Positions 9,181 to 17,581 of a DNA stretch of 48,024 bases are shown here, piece by piece. A program made the position numbers and the translations under genes. The stretch is from Piedraia hortae CBS 480.64 (lineage: Eukaryota): positions 372,001 to 420,024 of the forward strand of contig MU005964.1 in assembly GCA_010093745.1 (NCBI GenBank). Reading direction: 5' to 3'. How positions within the stretch are numbered: the first letter of the stretch is position 1; each line of letters begins with the position of its first letter. Below the pieces are notes generated by a model. The model was not told the origin of the DNA. It ran no database searches and was given only the letters and a program-made list of their open reading frames with translations.

Positions 9181-11367
9181 ATGGACTCGGCAGAGCAGAG
9201 AAGAATAAATGGAGAGTGGGAAGAGCATCACCAACAGCCCCTAGCCTCCAACAAAGATCCTCTGGATGCTCCAGACAACGAAGACATCAGGGCTATAGAC
9301 TGGATCCGCGAGTACAGCAAAGAACGCAGCCGTCTGCGTCACCTTGCGGCTGGCTCGCCGGGATGGGTACGCCAAATGCGTCTGGCTGCAGACTCCAGCC
9401 AAGTGTGGTGCATCCTTGTTCTGACCGGCATTGCTGTCGGGAGTATTGCTGCCGGTATAGACGTTGCCAGCGATTGGCTGGGCGACCTTAAACAAGGAGT
9501 TTGCGGGAACGTTGCTCACGGAGGGAAGTTTTATCTGGCTCGCCCATTCTGCTGCTGGGGCGCCCCATATGCTGAATGCGCCGATTGGAGATCATGGAGC
9601 GTTATTTTGGGCGCAAGCAGTAGCTTTTCTCGCTTCACTGTTGACTATTTCTTCTTCCTTGCCATCTCCCTCGTTTGTGCAAGCTGTGCCAGCGTTTTGG
9701 TTATCCAGTACAGTCCCGAAGCAAAGCAAAGCGGCATTCCTGAGATCAAGACGTTGTTGGGTGGCTTCATCATGCACCGTTTCCTTGGTGTCCGTACCCT
9801 CGTTATCAAGTCGCTCGGTCTCTGTTTGGCTGTAGCCAGTGGCATGTGGTTGGGCAAGGAAGGGCCATTGGTGCACGTCGCTTGCTGTTGTGCCAATGTT
9901 TTGATGAGGTTTTCGCCTGGTATCAACGAGAATGAAGCACGAAAGCGGGCGACATTGTCGGCTGCAGCAGCGTCTGGAATTTCTGTTGCATTTGGAGCAC
10001 CTATCGGCGGCGTGCTCTTTAGCTTAGAGCAGTTGTCCCATTATTTTCCGGACAAGACTATGTGGGCTTCTTTTGTCTGTGCCACTGTTGCTGCCGTTAC
10101 GTTACAAGCCCTCGATCCCTTCCGTACCGGAAAACTCGTTCTCTACCAGGTCACCTACCACTCGGGTTGGCACATGTTTGAGCTCGTTCCGTTCGTCCTG
10201 ATCGGGATTCTGGGGGGATTCTGGGGTGTTGCATTCATCGTGCTCAATATGCGTTTCCATCGCACAAGGGCATCGACCACATACATCTTTCGAAACCGAC
10301 CCGTTGCCGAGGTTGCTGCCGTTGCATTGCTGACAGCTGTTGTAAGCTTTCCTATATCCTTCCTTCGCGCCCAAAGCTCGGAATTGGTTGAAATGCTTTT
10401 TGCCGAATGTCGAGATATCCACAACGACCATCTAGGGCTTTGCAAAGCAGGAGTAGCCAATACCGGAGTCATTTTCCTCCTACTTTTCTCAGCCGGTATT
10501 GGTCTTGCATTGGCGGCAATCACCTTTGGTCTTGAAATACCAGCAGGAATTTTGCTACCCTCCATGGCTGTTGGTGCGCTCTACGGAAGGGCTATTGGCT
10601 TGGTGGTAGAAGCCTGGCAACGCCAACAGCCGCACCTACTCTTCTTCGGAAGCTGTGAACCCGACCAGCCGTGTGTGACGCCCGGCACATATGCCGTTGT
10701 AGGAGCGGCTGCAGCGCTTGCAGGAACCACACGTATGACTGTCAGCATCGTTGTAATCATGTTTGAGCTCACAGGTGCTTTAACTTACGTGTTGCCCATT
10801 ATGGTTGCAGTCATGGTGGCTAAATGGGTGGCCGACGCTTTTGGGAAGCAGGGAATCTACGAGACATGGATCTCCTTCCGTAACTATCCTTTCCTCGACC
10901 AGAGAATGGACGAGGGTGTTGGAGGAGACCTGCTTGTTCGCCGTATCATGACACCCTACTCCGCGCTGGCGTGCATACCTTCTACGGGCGAAACTGCAGG
11001 CTCTCTGCGTCGATTGCTTGTCAATAGCAACGTTCGTGGCTTCCCCGTCATCATCTCACACGTTAAGCCGACGCTTCTGGGATACATTTCGCGAAATCAT
11101 TTGGAATGGTCTCTTGGCAGGGACATTCAGGATGACACGCCGTGCTTCGTCCAGGAACAACCGACTGAAGACACGATCGGCCTTGATCTGAAGCCGTGGG
11201 TAGATGAGACACCTATCACGCTTTCGCCTCATGTGCCCTTTCACCTCGTACGCGACCTCTTCGATCGCCTGGGTGTGCGCCATGTATTGTTCACCGAACA
11301 GGGAACCTTGGCAGGTCTTTTGACGAAAAAGGATCTGTGTCACCTGCTGGACAGTGCTGAGACTTAA
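9181..11367 (+). CDS. ClC-family chloride channel/transporter with C-terminal CBS domains
   Basis: AIDW N-terminal motif, SGIPE, GKEGP (gating Glu), AFGAPIGGVLFSLEQ, GILLPS, GIY; many TM segments; CBS-like GFPVI and LAGLLTKKDL. Confidence 0.95.
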   Translation: MDSAEQRRINGEWEEHHQQPLASNKDPLDAPDNEDIRAIDWIREYSKERSRLRHLAAGSPGWVRQMRLAADSSQVWCILVLTGIAVGSIAAGIDVASDWLGDLKQGVCGNVAHGGKFYLARPFCCWGAPYAECADWRSWSVILGASSSFSRFTVDYFFFLAISLVCASCASVLVIQYSPEAKQSGIPEIKTLLGGFIMHRFLGVRTLVIKSLGLCLAVASGMWLGKEGPLVHVACCCANVLMRFSPGINENEARKRATLSAAAASGISVAFGAPIGGVLFSLEQLSHYFPDKTMWASFVCATVAAVTLQALDPFRTGKLVLYQVTYHSGWHMFELVPFVLIGILGGFWGVAFIVLNMRFHRTRASTTYIFRNRPVAEVAAVALLTAVVSFPISFLRAQSSELVEMLFAECRDIHNDHLGLCKAGVANTGVIFLLLFSAGIGLALAAITFGLEIPAGILLPSMAVGALYGRAIGLVVEAWQRQQPHLLFFGSCEPDQPCVTPGTYAVVGAAAALAGTTRMTVSIVVIMFELTGALTYVLPIMVAVMVAKWVADAFGKQGIYETWISFRNYPFLDQRMDEGVGGDLLVRRIMTPYSALACIPSTGETAGSLRRLLVNSNVRGFPVIISHVKPTLLGYISRNHLEWSLGRDIQDDTPCFVQEQPTEDTIGLDLKPWVDETPITLSPHVPFHLVRDLFDRLGVRHVLFTEQGTLAGLLTKKDLCHLLDSAET

Positions 11368-12299
11368 GTCTTGTTTTCTCGCGGGTGTGATGTATCCTTG
11401 AGTGATTTATGATGAAAGACGAGGCTTATTGGGTGTGGGACTGTTCTACATGCCTGGCCAGAAAGCAATCCATACCTACTCTTTTGGCTTGCAATGGACC
11501 AGATCCGAAGCGTGGCGGTCGTTTGTCACAAAACTCTTCAAGGTCGCCCGAGACCTATTTGCAAATTCTGCAAAGTGTGGCACTGGACATAACGTCTAGA
11601 CGATAGCGGGCCGGGTCGGACTAAGCGACGACGGGCATGCGGTCGTCTGAAAAGATCTTGCTTTTCCATTGAACCACAATTGAAAGAGAGGCAGCTTTCT
11701 CCGCACCGTGCAGGAGACGCTTGGTGTCACTGCAAGCAGATTCTTTACCGTCTTCCGGTGCAATGATGACGAGGACGGGACCGAATAAAATGCTGTGAAA
11801 TGTTCACCAGGGTTGCAGTGGAGCGGTGTAGATGGGGCTTCGTGACTCGATCTCACAGAATTTGAAAAGCCACAGAATTTATGTACTCGAGAGGGTTTCG
11901 TCCGCCTCAACGTCAGTTGTCGCTTGAAAAATCGGACAGTGTCCTTGGTGCAATGTAGAATCTAGAACTTGCAGCCGAAAAGGTAAGGAAAAACATCAGA
12001 GTAGTTGTAAGACGTTATAATCTGAGAGCATCTATCCAAACACTGGCAACGACTACATGCACAGGTCATCAAGATGACATGATTTATGTTGTGTCGTCTC
12101 GCGCCAAGAGCCTTGATGTTTGACTCTTGCGCCAATCATATAGATGCGACATATACCATGTAAACCTTAACCAATTAAGTGCGGGGGAGTAAGCCAGTCG
12201 TTTCCGAACAGGAGACAGATGAATTGCGAATGTTCCAACATGCATTTACTCCGCTCTCCACAAAAAGTCGCTGATTGGTGGTAGTGTTTCGAGGCCGCG

Positions 12300-12334
12300 A
12301 TGTGATGACTCACATTAAAAGTGGGTCATCATAT
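12300..12334 (+). promoter_or_regulatory. 14-bp inverted repeat containing a Gcn4/CpcA-type TGACTCA site, upstream of the cyclase gene
   Basis: ATGTGATGACTCAC (12300-12313) pairs with GTGGGTCATCATAT (12321-12334) with two G-T pairs; TGACTCA at 12306-12312; ends 64 nt before ATG 12398. Confidence 0.45.
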
Positions 12335-12397
12335 GACTTGCTGACGCCCACTTAGATAACATCGATACACATCTAACGCCCACCAAATATTCTAACT

Positions 12398-13609
12398 ATG
12401 CCTCCAAAACTGGTAGAATTAGACGGTCGCACTCTAGAAGGCGGTGGACAACTCCTCCGCCTGGCAGTTTCTCTCTCCAGCCTTACCCACCAACCGATAA
12501 GGGTCCACCATATCCGCGGAAATCGCATGCCCCATCGAATGCGAAAGAAATCTAAAGCCGATCAAAAAGTTACCGTTGGTGGGATGAAGATGTCGCACCT
12601 GGTTGCTGTGTCATTTATTGCGAAAGCGGTTGATGCGGAAACCGAGGGTATGGAATTAGGCAGTTCGGACTTAGCTTTTTATCCTGGTGCAGATACTGCG
12701 TCGCAAGGCCACAGTTCGGAGGTTCTGATTGAGCAGAGCAAACCTGGCTCAATCGCGCTCGTTTTGCAGGCTGTGTTGCCATATTTCCTTTTCAGATCTC
12801 GACAGACGACGAAATTGAGAGTAACGGGAGGCACACACGGGCCCCGTGCACCGACGATTGATTACGTTCAGAAGGTCTTCTTCAAGACGTTGGATGAGCA
12901 TTTGGGTATCCCGGGCTTGGAAGTTGAGGTCTTGAAGAGAGGTTTCGCTTCAGAAACTGGCGGGATGAGCTCTATTGGAGAAGTGGTTTTCACCATTCCA
13001 CCTATGAGAAGGCCAATACAAGGGTTTAACCTTGCCAATCGCGGAGAACTGAAGGGATTTGAAGTGACTGTCCTTGCAGATGGCGAGAGCATCAGGGAAC
13101 AGACTATCAGTTCTGTTGTGTCGGCTCTAGGCGAAAGATTCCCCGGTCAAGATGTCAAGGTTGTGGTAGAAGATTCAACAGATAGGGGATGTTTTTACCT
13201 CTTGGTGATTGCGCTCTTTGAGGCAGGGGAGGCTGGAAAGTCGTATCGCCTTCCCAAAGAATACCTGCGGGCCGGGGGACGCAAAGCAATCGATGTCAAA
13301 AAGAAAGTCGAGGAACTAGTCCAAGCAGTGGGACAAGATGTTGAAGGGCGCCGAGTTGTAGATAAGAACATGGCTGATCAGCTTGTGGTCTTTCAAGCAC
13401 TAGCGAAGGGAGAGACGTTTGTGGACGAAGACAAGCAACAGCAATATAGCTTGCACACTCAAACGGCCATATGGGTGGTTGAAAAGATGTTGAGGGGCAT
13501 ACGATTCAACCAAGGGAGGTGCGTAGGGATGGGGTTCAGTCCCACAGCGAGCGACGGACCGGAGGAAGGTGATAACATAAGCAAAGCGATGGGCGAGCTA
13601 AAAGTGTAA
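12398..13609 (+). CDS. RNA 3'-terminal phosphate cyclase, RtcA/RTC1 type
   Basis: LDGRTLEGGGQLLRLA, IRGNR, GSIALVLQ, GGT, RGF, ADQL and SLHTQTA (position of the adenylated His of RtcA, which Rcl1 lacks). Confidence 0.88.
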   Translation: MPPKLVELDGRTLEGGGQLLRLAVSLSSLTHQPIRVHHIRGNRMPHRMRKKSKADQKVTVGGMKMSHLVAVSFIAKAVDAETEGMELGSSDLAFYPGADTASQGHSSEVLIEQSKPGSIALVLQAVLPYFLFRSRQTTKLRVTGGTHGPRAPTIDYVQKVFFKTLDEHLGIPGLEVEVLKRGFASETGGMSSIGEVVFTIPPMRRPIQGFNLANRGELKGFEVTVLADGESIREQTISSVVSALGERFPGQDVKVVVEDSTDRGCFYLLVIALFEAGEAGKSYRLPKEYLRAGGRKAIDVKKKVEELVQAVGQDVEGRRVVDKNMADQLVVFQALAKGETFVDEDKQQQYSLHTQTAIWVVEKMLRGIRFNQGRCVGMGFSPTASDGPEEGDNISKAMGELKV

Positions 13610-14086
13610 AAATAAATCACGTCAGGGAAGAAAACCATTCAACAAGGTCCAGGTCTAGGAAGAACACTGGATGTCCTCAATGATAGAAGTCTCGTAATTC
13701 GGTGATTTGCGTGAGCTCGAACTACGCCTTATCAAGCTAATCTAGCTAGCTGGGCAATGCTTTTTACTTTCTAGACCCTGGTCCACATCAGTTCCTGAAC
13801 CGTATTCAACTAGACATCGCCAATTCAACAGAAATCCTTTGAAATGCCTACCTTGAAGCGGGTCGGGCCGGTCTAAGTGCTAGTATCAAAAGTGACTTTA
13901 CAAAAATGTCAAACTTCAGTTGTTTCGACGGAAAATCCATTTGTAGCCTTTATATCATCCGATTTCCTGTGTGACCACTACACGCGCCACACTTTGCATC
14001 TGGCAACAACAGCTGGGAGTTTTGCGGCCACAGAGGGACAAGGCAAGCTGGATTTGTAATCACCCGCTTAACCTTTTGAGTGGACA

Positions 14087-14096
14087 ATGACGTCAT
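14087..14096. promoter_or_regulatory. Palindromic CRE/ATF-type site upstream of NAR1
   Basis: ATGACGTCAT at 14087-14096, ~95 nt upstream of ATG 14190. Motif match only. Confidence 0.3.
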
Positions 14097-14189
14097 GAAA
14101 ATTTCGACTAGAAGTAACGCTCGATCCTCGATCGAGCGTTTGTTATTCCAAAGCACTGAGGCAATTGTACCAGAACAGCTCTTGTCAGC

Positions 14190-15779
14190 ATGTCGGCCAT
14201 CTTGTCGGCGAACGATCTGAACGACTTCATTAATCCCGGCGTTGCTTGCATTAAGCAGGTGGAGATACCAAATTACGAAGTGACAAAAGAAAACGACAGA
14301 CCTGCTCACATCGCATTTACAGACTGTCTAGCCTGCTCTGGCTGTGTTACAAGTGCTGAAGCTGTCCTGATCAGTTTGCAAAGTCATGACGAAGTCCTTA
14401 ACACACTTGATCGCTTTCCCGAGAAGTCATGGAACGGAGAGAAACGGGATGGAAAAATATTTATTGCCACTGTTTCGCCTCAAGCTCGAGCCAGTATCGC
14501 CGCTACATACAAGATCTCTGAACGACACGCAGGTCACCTGATTGCCCAGCTTCTAAGCGGGCCGGAGGGGTTGCGTGCTGGCGGTGCCCACGGCTCAGGG
14601 TTTCATTGGCTTATTGACTCCAATGCCCTGCGCGATCTGGCTTTAGTCACCACTGCTGACGAGATCTCATCCTCCTCGGATGCCTCGCCCAAAACACCTG
14701 TCCTGACTTCAGCATGCCCAGGCTGGATATGTTATGCCGAGAAAACCCATCCTCACATCCTACCCCACCTCAGTCGCATCAAATCCCCCCAAGCACTGGC
14801 AGGTACCATCGTCAAATCTATACTGGCCTCACAGCTCGGAGTAAGCCCTGCTGATGTGTGGCACCTTGCCATCATGCCCTGCTTTGACAAAAAGCTAGAG
14901 GCATCGCGTACCGAGCTAGCATCGCAAGCTTGGCGTAAGAATGTGGATGAAGCTGTGCGCGATGTCGACTGTGTAATTACCCCTCGCGAGCTACTTAAGC
15001 TTGCCCAAACACGGGGCATAAGCTTGCATAATTTCCCACGCAAGCCCGTTAATCAAGCTCCTTTTCCCGACCCCATAATTGATCGCTTCCTCTTTCGCCG
15101 TCGACTGCCCAGACCACCCGATCTACCCGCCGACCAAGTCGGCACTGGCGGTGGCTACCTCTACCACATCCTCAAGAATCAACAATCCCTTCATCCCAAT
15201 TCCACCCTCCAAGTCAAACCCGGTCGCAACTCCGACGTTGCCGTTTACGAGATTATATCACCAGACGGGACAAGTTTGTTCAAAGCTGCCCGTTACTATG
15301 GGTTCCGTAACATCCAGAACCTCGTTCGTGGGCTCAAACCATCCAAGCCTAGCCGTATACCAGATGCGCGAGTGCCGCATAAAAAATCCGTAGGAGTCAG
15401 CGACTATGCATACGCAGAAGTTATGGCTTGTCCGGGCGGGTGTACCAATGGAGGAGGGCAGATAAAGGTGGATGATTTGCGTGAGATGGATGGAGAAGCT
15501 CGAATTGACTTAACGTCGAAGCAATGGCTGGCCGAGGTAGATGAGGCATATTGGAGCGCCGACTCTGACGAGATGGAGAAAACCGAGAGTCGCATTGATG
15601 ATGGCTCCTCACACGGCAAGATTATTGACGGGATTGATCACGATTACGTCCTTGGTGTGTTGGACCACTGGGCTGAGATTACCCGAACGAAGAAGGAAGA
15701 TTTGGTCTATACCAGTTATAGAGAAGTGAAGAAAAACGTTGGGTTGTCAGCTGCCATGGTTGCCGATGGAGGATGGTAA
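14190..15779 (+). CDS. NAR1: Cytosolic Fe-S cluster assembly factor Nar1 (hydrogenase-like)
   Basis: MSAILSANDLNDFINPGVACIK, DCLACSGCVTSAE, TSACPGW, IMPCFDKKLE, YGFRNIQN, EVMACPGGCTNGGGQ, C-terminal Trp. Confidence 0.97.
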   Translation: MSAILSANDLNDFINPGVACIKQVEIPNYEVTKENDRPAHIAFTDCLACSGCVTSAEAVLISLQSHDEVLNTLDRFPEKSWNGEKRDGKIFIATVSPQARASIAATYKISERHAGHLIAQLLSGPEGLRAGGAHGSGFHWLIDSNALRDLALVTTADEISSSSDASPKTPVLTSACPGWICYAEKTHPHILPHLSRIKSPQALAGTIVKSILASQLGVSPADVWHLAIMPCFDKKLEASRTELASQAWRKNVDEAVRDVDCVITPRELLKLAQTRGISLHNFPRKPVNQAPFPDPIIDRFLFRRRLPRPPDLPADQVGTGGGYLYHILKNQQSLHPNSTLQVKPGRNSDVAVYEIISPDGTSLFKAARYYGFRNIQNLVRGLKPSKPSRIPDARVPHKKSVGVSDYAYAEVMACPGGCTNGGGQIKVDDLREMDGEARIDLTSKQWLAEVDEAYWSADSDEMEKTESRIDDGSSHGKIIDGIDHDYVLGVLDHWAEITRTKKEDLVYTSYREVKKNVGLSAAMVADGGW

Positions 15780-15851
15780 AGGATATTCATCGGTTGTAAT
15801 CATATCCAGTGGAGCATAGGCAAAAAGCGCACGGCCTAGACAATCGTTTCA

Positions 15852-17399
15852 TCAGGTTTCATCCATTGTCTTTGGTTCATTGGAGGATTCTCCTTCCACT
15901 TTAGGCATCGGCACCCCAAATCGCTTGCAAAGCAGTCTGGGTGGCATCCATGGCATGCTGGTGCGGGTCAGAGGCCCGAACATACCCATCTTGGCCGCTT
16001 TCTCGGCCGGGTCATCTTCAACCGGGGCCATGGCAGCCGCCGAGCCTGAAGGTGCAAACCGAGTCGCCATTTCCCCGGTCATGGGTTTGAAAACTTCCGC
16101 AGCGCGAGCAAATTCCGACAGCTCTTGTGCCCAATCTGAAACGGACATGTTCGGAGCTCGCTCCGGCAACGATGGACGCTGCTCCGCCTGCCGATGGAGG
16201 AAGGAGTTGTAGCGTGCTTGCTTTGCTTCGTTGTCGGCGTAAGGCGCACACGTTGTGCTTGATTCGATACGCTGAAGAGCTACCAAGGCTGTTGCTTTAT
16301 CGAGATAGGGGACCATTGACTGCAGGTTACCTGCCTCATCTCTCGGGTTAAGCTTGACAGAACATGGCGCTGGCCATTTACCTTTGCCCGGTGGCAGATT
16401 GGGTTTACCCGTGGCGGCTGCTAGACGATCACGGGTTGCCGGTGAAATGAAGTCAAAGACGGATTGTACTGGAGGAGTTTGCTCGCCCAAAGAAGCCTGA
16501 GGGGAAGGGTTTGGATGCACTTTGGCTGCACCCGACATGGGAAGGTCGGCAGCTTTCTGCAAGCTGCTAGAGGGGGATACCCACCCATCCGGAACTTGAG
16601 GGAAGGGATATTTGGATTGGCTGCTCAGGCTCAATGTGACCATTGAACGCACAAAACCGGGGACTAGTGAATTGATGTTGCTCATGTTGTGTCCCTCGGG
16701 GTTGATAGAGGTATCTGGCTTCCTTTTCTTTTTCAGTTTAACTTGACGATAGTTGAGCTGTGGCCCCATCAAGTAGCCATCATCCTCGGGGTCCGATCCG
16801 CTCAAAGCTCCCATATCGATGCCTTTATTTATAATTTTCTTCGGTTTGTTGGACAGCTTTGTAGGTTTACGAGACGGCAGAATCTTGGGTTCTTCATCAT
16901 CTACATCGTACCCTACACCTTTCCTGTCTGTTCGGCTCGCCATCTTTAACCACGGTGCGTCTTCTGATGCCTGGGCCCCCTCTTTCCAGCCAATTTTCTG
17001 CAGTAATCGAGCCCCTACAGGCTCGGATGCGGGCTGAAATAATCCCTCTAGTATGCCATGACTTCTGCCAAAGCCTGCAAATCCGCCAAGGGTCTCGAGC
17101 TTAACAGCCTCTACATGGTCTGCCAGGTCTTCATCGTCCATGAAATCCTCGACATTCTGAGTCAATTGATTTCTGTTGGACCTGGACGACACAAATGAAG
17201 CCGGCGTCCAGCCCTCCTTGGAACCAACAGTGTTGAAATAGCCAGCACTCCATCCGCCAGTGAATGCGCCATGTAGCCTCTTCCTGCCGCGCTCATCACG
17301 CACCTCTTGTTCCCAAACGGGTTTTCCTACAGGGTCCCGAAAGGGGGTGCCGTAAATCACAAACGTATCGCCCTCGTAGGCAGAACGAGTCCTTTTCAT
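15852..17399 (-). CDS. DUF1604 + G-patch protein (GPATCH1/TOUGH-like RNA-processing factor)
   Basis: RKRLHGAFTGGWSAGYFNTVGSKEGWTP...EDFMDDED, G-patch-like VGARLLQKIGWKEG...RKGVG, and C-terminal AAKMGMFGPLTR...PPRLLCKRFGV. Confidence 0.9.
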   Translation of the reverse strand: MKRTRSAYEGDTFVIYGTPFRDPVGKPVWEQEVRDERGRKRLHGAFTGGWSAGYFNTVGSKEGWTPASFVSSRSNRNQLTQNVEDFMDDEDLADHVEAVKLETLGGFAGFGRSHGILEGLFQPASEPVGARLLQKIGWKEGAQASEDAPWLKMASRTDRKGVGYDVDDEEPKILPSRKPTKLSNKPKKIINKGIDMGALSGSDPEDDGYLMGPQLNYRQVKLKKKRKPDTSINPEGHNMSNINSLVPGFVRSMVTLSLSSQSKYPFPQVPDGWVSPSSSLQKAADLPMSGAAKVHPNPSPQASLGEQTPPVQSVFDFISPATRDRLAAATGKPNLPPGKGKWPAPCSVKLNPRDEAGNLQSMVPYLDKATALVALQRIESSTTCAPYADNEAKQARYNSFLHRQAEQRPSLPERAPNMSVSDWAQELSEFARAAEVFKPMTGEMATRFAPSGSAAAMAPVEDDPAEKAAKMGMFGPLTRTSMPWMPPRLLCKRFGVPMPKVEGESSNEPKTMDET

Positions 17400-17448
17400 C
17401 AGCCTACGAATTCTAAATTACGCAATATTTACCCCGAGATTGTGGACC

Positions 17449-17478
17449 GGTGCGGTGGTGCGGTGGTGCGGTGGTGCG
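17449..17478. repeat. Tandem 8-mer (GGTGCGGT) x3.75 in the divergent G-patch/KIN1 intergenic region
   Basis: Units at 17449-56, 17457-64, 17465-72 and a partial unit at 17473-78. Confidence 0.9.
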
Positions 17479-17581
17479 CGGGTTGGGCGGCGAGGGCCGG
17501 GCCGCTCTAAATCGAGCCACGCCTTGACACCCCCACCCGGCGGCGTAAACACCCAACGACATCCTGCGCGCTGCGTCAAAC

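Noticed and set aside
8904..9491. 195-aa ORF overlapping the ClC start in another frame
   Set aside because: Non-ATG start, no motif; the ClC frame from 9181 already contains the conserved AIDW region.
11368..12299. ~0.9-kb gap with short ORFs, checked for RNA genes
   Set aside because: No tRNA, snRNA or riboswitch signature recognised by eye.
12302..12344. Possible C/D snoRNA (GTGATGA ... CTGA)
   Set aside because: Only 43 nt, and the C box is buried in a stem; kept as a regulatory hairpin instead.
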